Assembly (NCBI GenBank): GCA_965226555.1
Contig: CBDDDG010000002.1
Coordinates: forward strand, 97,298 to 161,297
Direction: 5' to 3'
From: Salinispira sp.
GTDB taxonomy: Bacteria; Spirochaetota; Spirochaetia; DSM-27196; Salinispiraceae
DNA: 64,000 nucleotides
Positions 1-11,478 of the stretch are shown here, piece by piece (positions within the stretch are counted from its first letter, which is position 1; the number at the start of each line of letters is the position of its first letter). A model generated the notes under the pieces. That model was given only the letters and a program-made list of their open reading frames with translations. It did not search any database and was not told where the DNA came from. The position numbers and the translations under genes were made by a program.

Positions 1-1165
1 ATCCTTCGTGTATCTCCAGAGATGATGCTGCCAGAATACCGCTGAGAATACTGAATAGCTGCGGATGATCGTATGCCACTATGAGAATAGATACACTCCT
101 CCCCTGTATTTCCGCCCGCAGACTACATGGATTATCAGCTGAAATACCTCCAATGAGGAGCTCGGCAGCCCCGGGGGCGGCAGCAGCCTTGGGGAGCTCG
201 GCGCCCTCGGGGGCGGCAGCAGCCTTGGGGAGCTCGGCGCCCTCGGGGGCGGCAGCAGCCTTGGGGAGCTCGGCAGCCCCGGGGGAGTCGGCGCCCTCAC
301 TTCGGACAACCCGATACTTCCGAACAAAGCCGCTGGGGCGATAGGTCATTTTTGCCTGACGGAGCCCCGTATTCCCGAGGTCCTGCTCCCTGTTGATATA
401 CCGGTATGTACGGGAAATTACTTTGGCATACGATTGGTTAAGAAACTGATATATCCCCCGATATTGCTCAAGGGCCTTTTCCACATGAATGATAAATGTA
501 TCGCCCGCTATTCCTTCCCCCATGGCATAGGCAACCGGTTTCTTGTCAACGTACACGATATGCCCATCGAGAGCGAGAAAATCCTTGAGTTCCAGCGCTT
601 CCCTACTCGCGCCATAATCGGCGTCGTCTTCCCGGTTTTTCCGCCACAATTCAAGAATAGTAAGGGCATCATCAATTTTGTCATTGTCCAGCACAGCCGT
701 CTCATACTGGTAGGTATTTACAAAGCCGTTTACGAGGTTTCGCTTTTTATGATATTTCCGCCCCCTGAGTTCTGCCAGATCACTGCTCATATAGAGGTAA
801 TCGAAATTATCACGATCCTCACAAACAGTGTATCCCATGCCCGCAAGCTCCGGCGCCAGCGCCTCGGCATAATTCTCCGCAAGATTCCTCACATAATCGA
901 CAGACCTCAGAAGTTCTTCCTTGAGCAATGAATCATCGGGAAAGCCAAGCGGCAGGCTGTAAAAGCGCTTCCCCTCCTTCGCGCCGCGTATGAGTAATTT
1001 CTGCTGCGGAAGCCAGCTCAATTCATACCCATAGACCTTCCTGAATAAGTACAGCCCGGCAAAGGTAAATTCAGAAATCCCCTCCCCTTCTCTGTTTAAC
1101 AGGGGATAAAGCTCATCTCTCCATTGACTGCCTATGGGCACAAAGTCCGGATATTGCGGTATCAT
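1..1165 (-). CDS. DUF2156 (aminoacyl-phosphatidylglycerol synthase-like GNAT) domain fused via a 12-aa repeat linker to an ACT-like domain; runs off the window edge
   Basis: Manual translation from ATG 1165 (MIPQYPDF...SEFTFAGLYLF...DRDNFDYLY...HVEKA...YINREQDLGNTGLRQAKMTYRP) is open to base 1 and ends in ...IVAYDHPQLFSILSGILAASSLEIHEG. It is missing from the ORF track because there is no stop in the window. Confidence 0.8.
   Translation of the reverse strand, partial: MIPQYPDFVPIGSQWRDELYPLLNREGEGISEFTFAGLYLFRKVYGYELSWLPQQKLLIRGAKEGKRFYSLPLGFPDDSLLKEELLRSVDYVRNLAENYAEALAPELAGMGYTVCEDRDNFDYLYMSSDLAELRGRKYHKKRNLVNGFVNTYQYETAVLDNDKIDDALTILELWRKNREDDADYGASREALELKDFLALDGHIVYVDKKPVAYAMGEGIAGDTFIIHVEKALEQYRGIYQFLNQSYAKVISRTYRYINREQDLGNTGLRQAKMTYRPSGFVRKYRVVRSEGADSPGAAELPKAAAAPEGAELPKAAAAPEGAELPKAAAAPGAAELLIGGISADNPCSLRAEIQGRSVSILIVAYDHPQLFSILSGILAASSLEIHEG
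158..290. repeat. 36-bp tandem repeat (~3.6 copies), coding GAELPKAAAAPE on the minus strand
   Basis: GAGCTCGGCGCCCTCGGGGGCGGCAGCAGCCTTGGG units read directly. Confidence 0.9.
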
Positions 1166-1201
1166 ATTCTGAATATATAAAAAAACAGGCAAAACGTCAG
1201 T

Positions 1202-2263
1202 ATGCCAGAATTAATAGATTTCACTCCTGCCCGCCCAAGCGTCCGGGGTTTTCCGTCCACACGGTATCAGGGCAGCAAGTACAAAATTGTCGATTGGATT
1301 GACCGCAGCACCCGGCATCTGCGGGGCAGCTCCGTGTTGGACGCGTTCAGCGGCACGGGCTGCGTTGGCTACATGTACAAACGGAACGGCAGGCGGGTCA
1401 TCTGCAACGATGCCCTGAAGTTCAACTACTACATCGGGCTCGCGCTCATCGAAAATAAGAATGTGCGTCTGAATGCCGATGATCTGGATTTCCTGCTCAA
1501 CAAACACAGCGGCATGAGCTATCCGACCTTCATCGCCGACACCTTTCAGAACATCTATTTTTCTGATGATGAAAACATCTGGCTCGACATCGTCATCACC
1601 AATATCAGATGCCTTGAGAACAGATACAAGCAGGCACTCGCCTTTTACGCCCTGTTTCAATCCTGCATCATTAAGCGCCCCTACAATCTTTTTCACCGGA
1701 AAAACCTCTACCTGCGCCAAGCCAAAGTCGCGCGCAGTTTCGGCAACAAAACAACATGGGATCGCCCCTTCGAAGAGCACTTCAGAAAATTCGCCGCCGA
1801 GGCAAACGCCGCCGTCTTCGACAACGGCAGAGACAACCGCGCCCAATGCTCACATATCTTCAATGTGAATGTGAATGCCGATATTATCTACATTGATACT
1901 CCCTACATTTCCGCCCGCGGCGCCGGGGTCAATTATCTCGATTTTTACCATTTCCTCGAAGGCATTGTCCGCTACGAGCAATGGCCGACCCTCATAGACA
2001 ATACATCGAAGCACCGAAAACTCCAAAACAGCAGAAACGAATGGTGCAGCAGAGAACAGATACACGGCGCCTTCGAAGGCCTCTTCGCAAAATTCCGCAA
2101 TTCCGCCCTCGCCGTCTCATACCGCGCAGACGGCACCCCAACCATTCCCGAATTGGTCGCCATGCTGAAACAGCAGGGCAAAACCGTAGAAGTCAACACA
2201 CTCGACTACAAATACGCCCTGAGCAAAACCGCCTCCCGCGAAGTGCTGATAACCGCGGTGTGA
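1202..2263 (+). CDS. D12-class N6-adenine DNA methyltransferase (orphan)
   Basis: RYQGSKYK, DAFSGTGCVG SAM-binding motif, catalytic YIDTPY (DPPY variant). Confidence 0.85.
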   Translation: MPELIDFTPARPSVRGFPSTRYQGSKYKIVDWIDRSTRHLRGSSVLDAFSGTGCVGYMYKRNGRRVICNDALKFNYYIGLALIENKNVRLNADDLDFLLNKHSGMSYPTFIADTFQNIYFSDDENIWLDIVITNIRCLENRYKQALAFYALFQSCIIKRPYNLFHRKNLYLRQAKVARSFGNKTTWDRPFEEHFRKFAAEANAAVFDNGRDNRAQCSHIFNVNVNADIIYIDTPYISARGAGVNYLDFYHFLEGIVRYEQWPTLIDNTSKHRKLQNSRNEWCSREQIHGAFEGLFAKFRNSALAVSYRADGTPTIPELVAMLKQQGKTVEVNTLDYKYALSKTASREVLITAV

Positions 2264-2396
2264 AAGCGCGAAAGCCCAAACTACTATGGCAGGAAGCCCT
2301 GTTATGTGCTATATTCTCTGCGAGATGAGGGGCTTTAATGGAGCGGAGCTCGGCGCAGCGTAAGCATCTATGATCTCCGCAAACAGGGGGCGCGCA

Positions 2397-3200
2397 ATGA
2401 CCGAATATCAATTGAAAAACCTGCCGCCCAGCCCCCATGTGGAGACGCCGGACGTTCTCAGGGCGCTGGCGGGAGCGCACAGGAACCTTGGGGAATTATT
2501 CACGGGCGCTCCGAACCGGATTCTCCGCGATCCGCGAGCGCGGCGTTTTAAGCAATAATCTCATTCTGGAAATTCAGAAAGGTATTGAGCAGAATGAGGC
2601 GGGCTTCAGAAAGCTCCCCGGCACCGAACTTCGCAACGATCTGACAAACGAAATAGTGTACATGCCGCCGCAATCGGGCGATGAAGTGCTCCGGCTCATG
2701 CGCAACCTTGAAGAGTACATCAACAACGATTCCATTCATAATACGGACGCGCTCATCAAAATGGCTATTACACCCTGCTCCGGAGTGTTCATAACGAAGG
2801 AAATTGGGAAGCATGGATTCTCTACATGCTCAATGGAATTCGTGAGACCGCCCGACAGACAATTGATCTGATATTGGAAATTCGAAAGCTGATGCAGGAC
2901 TACAAGCAACGGATTCGGGCGAATTACCCGTTTTACAGCCAGGAACTGCTGAACAATCTCTTTGTCCACCCCTATACGAAGATCGATTTTCTTGCCGCTG
3001 CCCTGTCCGTCCATCGTCAGACGGCTTCCCGCTATCTCGATCAGTTGGCTGGCGGCGGTCTGCTGAAATTGGCAAAGATCGGCCGCACCCACTACTACAT
3101 TAACGAACCCCTGTTTGCCCTGTTCAGCGCAGAGATCCCCGGGGGCAGGGAGGTGGTGCGCTTATGGTTGAATTGGCCGAAAAGCTGGATGGACTATTGA
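2397..3200 (+). pseudogene. Fic-family protein, frameshifted, catalytic motif missing
   Basis: Three frames carry consecutive Fic-like pieces (LRALAGAHRNLGEL / GFRKLPGTELRN...YMPP...LEEYIN...KMAI / WEAWILYMLNGI...HPYTKI...wHTH); no HPFxDGNGR motif. Confidence 0.8.
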
Positions 3201-3285
3201 TCCATAGTAAAAATTTGATACATTGGGGAAATGAGGAAACCTTTCACCAACGCATGTGGAATGCGCAGAGATAACACGGGGGAAT

Positions 3286-3714
3286 ATGGACAATAAGGCA
3301 CGGTGGCAATATCGGTTCGATAATTACCGAAGGGCATACTTTTTGTTGCGCGAAATTTGCGGGCGATATCAACAGGAAACACTGGAACAGATTGCCAGAG
3401 AGGGCATGATACGGCGCTTTGCCGCGTGTATGGAATTGGCATGGAAGACCATGAAAGATTATATGGAACACAACGGTATAATGTTCGCGGAGGTTTTCCC
3501 CACGAGTGTTATAAAAGAAGCGGGAGCAACAAAGCTTATCAACAATCCTGAACTATGGCTCAAAGCTCTGGATGACCGCAACAAAATGAGCCATACCTAC
3601 GATTTCGAAAAATTTGAGCGGGTAATTGGTAACATCAGCAATTTCTATATTGAAGACTGCTTTGGAGCGTTATACGAAAAGTTATCGGTAACATTGCTGG
3701 ATATGCTGGTATGA
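3286..3714 (+). CDS. HEPN (HI0074-like) RNase toxin
   Basis: RNKMSH RX4H motif; REGMIRRF...ELAWKTMKDY. Confidence 0.85.
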   Translation: MDNKARWQYRFDNYRRAYFLLREICGRYQQETLEQIAREGMIRRFAACMELAWKTMKDYMEHNGIMFAEVFPTSVIKEAGATKLINNPELWLKALDDRNKMSHTYDFEKFERVIGNISNFYIEDCFGALYEKLSVTLLDMLV

Positions 3715-4034
3715 ACCACGGCATACAACAGCAACATTTGAACACCATTCGGGACATATTACAAAATACCTGCGCGCATATTGATCGGGTAGACCTGTTT
3801 GGTTCCCGAGCTACCGGGAAATTCAGGGAAACATCGGACATCGATTTAGCGATCCATGGAGATATTAGCGAAGAGGAAGGCGACCGCCTGTACACCCGAT
3901 TTTTTGAGAGTATGATCCCGCACAAGATCGATGTAACAGTGTATGGGCATGTTAGTTATCCTCCTTTTAAGAGACACATTGATGCAGTAGCGAAAACCCT
4001 GTTCACCAATGAGCAGATTTATCATACTACGTAA
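3711..4034 (+). CDS. Minimal nucleotidyltransferase (MNT) antitoxin
   Basis: LFGSRATG...SDIDLAI motif; ATGA overlap with the HEPN gene. Confidence 0.88.
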   Translation: MNHGIQQQHLNTIRDILQNTCAHIDRVDLFGSRATGKFRETSDIDLAIHGDISEEEGDRLYTRFFESMIPHKIDVTVYGHVSYPPFKRHIDAVAKTLFTNEQIYHTT

Positions 4035-4231
4035 CGGGCTATGTCTATAGTGATGGGATGATGCGGGAAAAACTGGGTGATAATACCATCTGAGCACCTG
4101 CGAAGGATCGCATTTCGCGCATTTTCGTCCACCTCATACCGGTATCTACTCGGCCCACAAACTTCTCCGGTTCCCGATCTAAGGATTTATTATCCGATTG
4201 AGCGCATTCACCGATTCAGCGGATGTTGGGA

Positions 4232-4260
4232 TTGACAGGTTTTCTGAGCACAATTATACT
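4232..4260 (+). promoter_or_regulatory. sigma70-type promoter
   Basis: TTGACA-17 nt-TATACT. Confidence 0.7.
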
Positions 4261-4317
4261 GTCCCATACTTACGAGACTGTTGCCGTGCAACAATCTCAG
4301 ATAATAGGAGAAATTAT

Positions 4318-4743
4318 ATGGGAATACCAGAAGATAAAAAGACCGCCTGTCATGGGATTATCCACACAGCCGCGGTTGCGTGTGGAGGAGTAGGGGCTGG
4401 ACTTGCCCAATTGCCTGGAACAGATAATGCTATAATTGTACCGATTCAAGCTGGTATGATTGTTGGCTTAGCTCTAGTTTTTGGTAAAGTGGTCGGTAAA
4501 GAAACTGCAATCGTAGCCATGGGTACTCAAGCAACGACAGTAATTGGACGGGGGCTATCTCAAGTTCTTGTTGGGTGGATACCCGTTTTGGGAAATGCCA
4601 TTAATGCGAGTACTGCAACTGCCGTGACAGAAGCTCTCGGATGGGCCGTTGCTAATCTTTTTTCAAAGATGGAAAGTAACAAAGAAAATTTGACTAAGGA
4701 TGATATCGAAGATCTTCTTAAGGAAGCATCAAAAAAAACATAG
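4318..4743 (+). CDS. DUF697/YcjF-like small membrane-associated protein
   Basis: AGGAG SD before ATG 4318; IIHTAAVACGGVGAG...PIQAGMI...IPVLGNAINASTA. Confidence 0.65.
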   Translation: MGIPEDKKTACHGIIHTAAVACGGVGAGLAQLPGTDNAIIVPIQAGMIVGLALVFGKVVGKETAIVAMGTQATTVIGRGLSQVLVGWIPVLGNAINASTATAVTEALGWAVANLFSKMESNKENLTKDDIEDLLKEASKKT

Positions 4744-4897
4744 TAGGGAAGCTCTGGAAACTCACTGTTCGGTAGCGATGTGTGGAGCCAAAAGAAGTGC
4801 GAATGCGGGCATGAGTGACGAAAATACGGGTAAGATTCCCATTCCTGACGATAACTACATATCCAGCATTATTTCCCGCATGGAGGAGTAGACAGTT

Positions 4898-6034
4898 ATG
4901 GCAGTTGAGAATGGGTTGATTGGCGATATTAGGGGAATTATCTCGCAAGCTCGCTCGTTGACTCGCCGGAGTATTGATTCTCTGCAGGTTGTTTCCAACT
5001 ATTTAATTGGTCGGAGGATTGTTGAAGAAGAACAAGACGGGAAAGAGCGGGCGGAATATGGTAAAGAAACGCTGAAATTTTTGTCTGCGAAACTGACGTG
5101 GGAGTTTGGTAAAGGATATTCTCTTAGCAACCTCAAATATATGCGAAAGTTTTACCTGACATATATGCCGGGCATTGAAGAAAAAATTTCTCCAATGCCT
5201 CTCATTTCTGCTGATAAACAAAAAAGGCAAACATTGTCTGCCCTTTTTGTGGACGGAATTGCGCGCGCAGAATCTGATACACTAAATCTGCTTGAAATTG
5301 GCCAAACACTGTCTGGCTTTTTGCCCTTGAGTTGGTCGCATTATCTTTTTCTCATGAGCATTTCACATAATGATGAGCGCCGTTTTTACGAAATTGAATC
5401 GGAAAACGAGCATTGGTCTCTTCGCGAGCTGAAAAGGCAATTCAATACCAGTCTGTATGAGCGATTAGCGATCAGCGCGGACAAGGCGGGGGTGAAAAAG
5501 CTCTCCGAGCGCGGGCAAGTAATTGAGTCTCATTCCGATGTCATTAAAGATCCGCTGGTGCTGGAGTTTCTTGGTCTGGAGGAAGATCACCGGTATTCTG
5601 AAACAGATTTGGAAACCGCAATTATCAATAAATTAGAGCATTTTATTTTAGAGCTGGGCAAGGGGTTTTTATTTGAAGCGCGGCAAAAACGCATTTCCTT
5701 CGATGAAGATCATTTTTTTGTTGACCTCGTTTTTTATAACCGCCTGCTGCGCTGTTATGTCATTATCGATCTGAAAATAGGTGAGCTCAAGCATCAGGAT
5801 CTCGGACAAATGCAGATGTATGTCAACTATTTTGATCGCTATGTGAAATTAGAAGATGAGCAGCCGACAATCGGCATTATACTCTGCAAAAAGAAAAAAG
5901 ATTCGCTGGTAGAAATTACCCTCCCCAAAAACGCCAACATTCATGCCGCCAAATACCAGACCTACCTGCCCGACAAAGAATTGCTGAAAAAGCAATTGGA
6001 CGAGGCTCAGGTAGAGTGGGAAGCGCGGCAATGA
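4898..6034 (+). CDS. YhcG/DUF1016 PD-(D/E)XK nuclease-domain protein
   Basis: IGRRIVEEEQ.G..RAEYG; LSWSHY; KDPLVLEFL; ELGKGF; VDLVFYNRLLRCYVIIDLK; DLGQMQMYVNY. Confidence 0.9.
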   Translation: MAVENGLIGDIRGIISQARSLTRRSIDSLQVVSNYLIGRRIVEEEQDGKERAEYGKETLKFLSAKLTWEFGKGYSLSNLKYMRKFYLTYMPGIEEKISPMPLISADKQKRQTLSALFVDGIARAESDTLNLLEIGQTLSGFLPLSWSHYLFLMSISHNDERRFYEIESENEHWSLRELKRQFNTSLYERLAISADKAGVKKLSERGQVIESHSDVIKDPLVLEFLGLEEDHRYSETDLETAIINKLEHFILELGKGFLFEARQKRISFDEDHFFVDLVFYNRLLRCYVIIDLKIGELKHQDLGQMQMYVNYFDRYVKLEDEQPTIGIILCKKKKDSLVEITLPKNANIHAAKYQTYLPDKELLKKQLDEAQVEWEARQ

Positions 6035-6080
6035 ACGATCAGAATGGCGCAAAGACATGTAGGTTTTGGTTGGCCCGCCT

Positions 6081-8171
6081 TCACCCGCGCATATTCAGCA
6101 TTTCGAGGAGGCGGTCGCTGGTGAGTCCGAGTTCTGCGGCAACCATGGCGCCGGGGGCGCTCATGCCGAAGCGGTCGATGGAGAGAATGTGATCTCGGGA
6201 GCTTGCCAGCCCTTCCCAGCCCATGGCGATGCCGGCCTCAACGACAAAGACCGCCGAGCCGCGCGGAATGAGCCGCTCGCGGAAGGCGGTGTTTTGCGCA
6301 TCGAAGAGCTTTCGGCAGGTCATTGAGATAACCCGGACAACGGTATTGGCCTGCGAATCGGCGTAGGCCTGCCCCGCTGTGATCGCGAGCTGCACTTCGG
6401 AGCCCGTGGCGATAATTGCTATGGTATTTGCGGATGCTGGAGCGCTGGCGCTGTCGGATGCTGGCGCGTTGGCGCGGGCAGCAGAGACGGCTGCTCCAGT
6501 GGGCGGGGGAGCGTCGGCGCGGGCAGCAGAGCTTTCGAAGGCAATATATGCGCCGCGGTGGAAATCTTCTTTCCAGTGGGGAGGTTTAGCATAGACCTCA
6601 AGTTTCTGGCGGGTGAGTATGAGGGCAACGGGGCCCTTGCGGCGGAGCAGGGCATGTTTCCATGCCTCCTGCGTTTCTTCGGCATCGGCGGGGCGCAGCA
6701 CATGGAGGTTGGGAATGGCGCGGAGCGCGCATATCTGCTCTACTGGTTGGTGAGTTGGACCGTCTTCTCCAATGAAAACGGAGTCGTGGGTAAAAACATA
6801 TACAACCGGAAGATTCATGAGCGCCGCGAGGCGGATGGCGGGGCGCATATAATCGCTGAACACCAGAAAGGTTGCCGCGTAGGGGCGAAGACCGCCGTAG
6901 AGTATCATGCCGTTCACAATGGCGCCCATCCCATGTTCCCGAACGCCGAAACGGAGGTTGCGCCCGCCGTAGTTGTCGGCGGAAAAGTCAGTTTCAGCCT
7001 TTATGAGGGTGTTATTCGATGGCGCCAAGTCGGCGGAGCCGCCGATGAGGTTGCCGAGGGCTGCCGACAGTTTCTGAAGAGTTGCGCCGCTCGAAACGCG
7101 GGTTGCCTCTGAATCTCCGCAGGCATATTCAGGCAGGGTCGGCAGGTCGGCGCTTGTAATATCAGCATGCCACTTCTGCCACTTCGCATGAAGCTCGGGG
7201 TTGTCCGCTGCCCATGCGTCAAAAAGGGTGTTCCAGTCCTGTTCCCGCGCCGTCCATTCCCGGCGCTTTTCTGCGAAGAACTCATCGACTCCGGGGAGCT
7301 TGTGGAAGGGTTCGTTTGGGATGTTCATGTTTTTTCGGAACGCGCGCATTTCTTCATCGCCGAGGGGGGAACCGTGCACGCCGGCGCTGCCTTCCTTGTT
7401 TGGGGCGCCCTTTCCGATGGTTGAATTAAGAATGATGAGGCTCGGTCTGCCGCCGGTCTTCAGCGCTTCTGCCTGAGCGGCGTTGAGGGCGCTATCCATA
7501 GCAGAAAAAGAGTAGGCATCGGCATGCTGAACATGCCAGCCCATGGCATCAAACTTCCGTCCGACATCTTCTGAAAATGCCAGCTTCGTGCTTCCTTCAA
7601 TACTGATTTTGTTGCTGTCGTAGAAGACAATGAGCTTGCTCAGTTTTACATGTCCGGCGAGGCTTGCCGCCTCAGTTGATATGCCCTCCATGACGCAGCC
7701 GTCGCCCATGAGCGCATACACAAAGTGATTAATGATGCTGTGCCGCTCCGTGTTGAAGACGGCTGCGCAATGGGCCGCCGCCATGGCCATGCCGACCGCG
7801 TTGGCGAGCCCCTGCCCGAGGGGGCCGGTGGTCGTTTCAATTCCATCGGTGTGTCCGTACTCAGGATGCCCCGGGGTCAGAGAATGAAGTTGGCGAAAGT
7901 TCTTCAGTTCCTTGAGCGGAAGCTGATATCCGCACAGGTGGAGAAGTGAATACATGAGCATTGACCCGTGACCCGCCGAGAGAACAAAGCGATCCCTATT
8001 TGCCCAGCCCGAATTTTCAGGATTATGCACGAGACGCTCGGCAAATAGCCATGCCCCGAACTCCGCCATTCCGAGCGGCAGCCCGGGATGCCCACTGTTT
8101 GCCGCTTCAACGCCATCCGCTGAAAGAGAGCGTATGGTCTTTGCAACCGATTCCAAACCATGTATATTCAT
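6081..8171 (-). CDS. tkt: Transketolase
   Basis: SGHPG, DRFVLSAGHGSM, TPGHPE, TTGPLGQG, GDGC, GEDGPTHQP. Confidence 0.97.
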   Translation of the reverse strand: MNIHGLESVAKTIRSLSADGVEAANSGHPGLPLGMAEFGAWLFAERLVHNPENSGWANRDRFVLSAGHGSMLMYSLLHLCGYQLPLKELKNFRQLHSLTPGHPEYGHTDGIETTTGPLGQGLANAVGMAMAAAHCAAVFNTERHSIINHFVYALMGDGCVMEGISTEAASLAGHVKLSKLIVFYDSNKISIEGSTKLAFSEDVGRKFDAMGWHVQHADAYSFSAMDSALNAAQAEALKTGGRPSLIILNSTIGKGAPNKEGSAGVHGSPLGDEEMRAFRKNMNIPNEPFHKLPGVDEFFAEKRREWTAREQDWNTLFDAWAADNPELHAKWQKWHADITSADLPTLPEYACGDSEATRVSSGATLQKLSAALGNLIGGSADLAPSNNTLIKAETDFSADNYGGRNLRFGVREHGMGAIVNGMILYGGLRPYAATFLVFSDYMRPAIRLAALMNLPVVYVFTHDSVFIGEDGPTHQPVEQICALRAIPNLHVLRPADAEETQEAWKHALLRRKGPVALILTRQKLEVYAKPPHWKEDFHRGAYIAFESSAARADAPPPTGAAVSAARANAPASDSASAPASANTIAIIATGSEVQLAITAGQAYADSQANTVVRVISMTCRKLFDAQNTAFRERLIPRGSAVFVVEAGIAMGWEGLASSRDHILSIDRFGMSAPGAMVAAELGLTSDRLLEMLNMRG

Positions 8172-8229
8172 TATAATTACCTCTTAAGCTGTTAAGCTGT
8201 TATTTATATAATAGTATATCAGAAATTAA

Positions 8230-9402
<1,173 letters not shown>

Positions 9403-9792
9403 GGCAATACAGTTGCAGGGATACTGAACCGCCGTTCCAGAGAAATGGGATATAAACCTTTGAACTGACCCCCACTTTGACCTATTATGCGATCATTTCT
9501 TCATCATGCCAAACCCTCCATCACTCGCTGGTAGATCGTGTGATCCGTTGCTCCATTATGATCGACCTGATCTGGAGAATATCCCTATCCACATCGGTAT
9601 TCCGCTACCGGAAATAATGAAAAAATATGAAAAAGAATGAATTTTAGGGTTTACAGTATATTCAAAGTGATGGAGAATGGAGTATTCTTAGTATTAAGAA
9701 CCGATGAATAATTTTTTCTGCGTGGAAAAAAGACTACCGGCAGATATAATGGAGTTATTCAAAGGTTTCTATTTTTTTATTTGGAGGAAAGT

Positions 9793-10827
9793 ATGAAAAA
9801 AAATTTTGTACTTATAAGTATAGTATCTATTGTAGTAGTAGTAATACTACTTGCAGTAATACTTACTGGTAATCAGGAAGCAGCTCAGGATACGGCTGTG
9901 GAAGACGATTATACACTGGTGCTCAAGTTGAGCCATGTGTTTAGTCCCGATGAACAACTTACCAAGTCCATGGATTTGGTTGCAGGGAGAATTCTGGAGA
10001 GAACTGGCGGCGCCATTGAAATTCAGACCTTCCCGCAGGCGCAGCTTCCAACCTATAAGGAGGGAGTGGAGCAGGTTGTTCGGGGGGCAGATTTTATTTC
10101 TGTGGAAGATCCTTCGTTCATTGGCGATTATGTTGCGGATTTCAAAGCGCTCTACGCGCCGATGCTCTACCGTAGTTTCGATGAATATGTGAATCTTACC
10201 CAAATGCCGATTGTGCAGGATATGATTGATCAGGCTGCCGAGCAGGGAATTAAAATTCTTGCCCTCGACTACATCTATGGATTCCGTAATCTCATAACAC
10301 GCGAGGTCATACGGACTCCGGCAGATTTGGACGGCCTGAAAATTCGGACACCCGGCTCCAAGTCCTATATTGACACGCTTACTGCAATGGGAGCAATTGC
10401 CACACCGCTTCCCTTCGGGGAAACTTTGGCGGCAGTGCAGCAGGGGGTAGTGGACGGACTGGAAGGTTCTGAATTTACCAACATTGGTACCAAAGTGTAT
10501 GAGGGGCCGGCGAAGAATGTTGCCACCACTCGCCACATACTGGGTACTGCGGGGGTGTATATATCGACAGATGTCTGGAATCGCATTCCGGCAGAGTATC
10601 AGCAAATAATTCAGGAAGAATTCACTAAGGGAGCTGCTGAAATGATATCGATCCTGAAATCGCAGCACGCTGGTGTTGTGCAAGAGCTTGAATCTTACGG
10701 GGTAGTGTTTAACGATGTTGATGGAGACGCCTTCCGTGAGGCAATGCAGCCGCTCTACACAGAACAGCCCGGTATGACTGCGGGCGTTTTTGATTCCATT
10801 TTTGCTGCGCTTGACGGCATGCGGTAA
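9793..10827 (+). CDS. dctP: TRAP transporter substrate-binding protein (DctP family)
   Basis: LKLSHV, YGFRNL, DLDGLKIRTP, QQGVVDGLE. Confidence 0.9.
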   Translation: MKKNFVLISIVSIVVVVILLAVILTGNQEAAQDTAVEDDYTLVLKLSHVFSPDEQLTKSMDLVAGRILERTGGAIEIQTFPQAQLPTYKEGVEQVVRGADFISVEDPSFIGDYVADFKALYAPMLYRSFDEYVNLTQMPIVQDMIDQAAEQGIKILALDYIYGFRNLITREVIRTPADLDGLKIRTPGSKSYIDTLTAMGAIATPLPFGETLAAVQQGVVDGLEGSEFTNIGTKVYEGPAKNVATTRHILGTAGVYISTDVWNRIPAEYQQIIQEEFTKGAAEMISILKSQHAGVVQELESYGVVFNDVDGDAFREAMQPLYTEQPGMTAGVFDSIFAALDGMR

Positions 10828-10867
10828 AGCGCTGAGTCGCACGTAGATCACAAAAGCGGAAGTTTTA

Positions 10868-10900
10868 CGCGCCCGGCAGAGACAATGTCGGGCGCTTAAT
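10868..10900 (+). terminator. Stem-loop after dctP (terminator or mRNA stabiliser)
   Basis: GCGCCCGGCA...TGTCGGGCGC inverted repeat. Confidence 0.45.
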
Positions 10901-10935
10901 CGTAAGAGTAAGCGGCAATGTCGGGTGTTTAGTGT

Positions 10936-11478
10936 ATGAGCACAACAAAAAGACAGATTGGACAACTCCTGCTGGGGAATTTTGAAGTAATTCTGAGTTC
11001 GGTATTTCTCTCTGTTACCATACTTGTTGTCATTCTGAATGTCATTCTGCGCTATGTGTTTAATGGGGGGCTGTTCTGGGTGGAGGAGGTAGCAAGCACC
11101 TGTTTTATCTGGAGTGTGTTTATTGGGGCAGCATCGGCATATCGAAAAAAGCTGCACATTGGCATCGATATCATCGTCAACAAACTGCCTGAAAACATGC
11201 AGGCTGGCATAGCCGTCATTATCAATGCACTCATGGTAATAATTAACGGCTACGTATGTTATTTGAGCATTATTTTTACGAGTTTGAACAGCCAGAAGCG
11301 GACGCCGGTGCTCGACATTCCTTCTGCCTTTGTCAATGTGTCAATTACCCTTGGCTTTGGTATTATAACGCTCTACGCAGTGTATTTCCTCATTACATCG
11401 ATAGCCGCGCTTTCTCCCATGAAATCGACCATGGAATCCAGCGGGGAATCGACCATGAAATCGGAGGACAAGGCATGA
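10936..11478 (+). CDS. dctQ: TRAP small permease (DctQ)
   Basis: NVILRYVF...WVEEVA...HIGID; 4 TM segments. Confidence 0.9.
   Translation: MSTTKRQIGQLLLGNFEVILSSVFLSVTILVVILNVILRYVFNGGLFWVEEVASTCFIWSVFIGAASAYRKKLHIGIDIIVNKLPENMQAGIAVIINALMVIINGYVCYLSIIFTSLNSQKRTPVLDIPSAFVNVSITLGFGIITLYAVYFLITSIAALSPMKSTMESSGESTMKSEDKA

Noticed and set aside
1202..6034. Integron cassette array
   Set aside because: No repeated attC-like sites between the genes and no integrase seen.
9420..9620. Riboswitch or gene remnant upstream of the TRAP operon
   Set aside because: No recognisable motif or convincing ORF by eye.
9847..11157. Long antisense ORFs (also 57186-58367, 61472-62587, 39466-40236, 434-931)
   Set aside because: Shadows of well-supported genes on the opposite strand, with no recognisable motifs.
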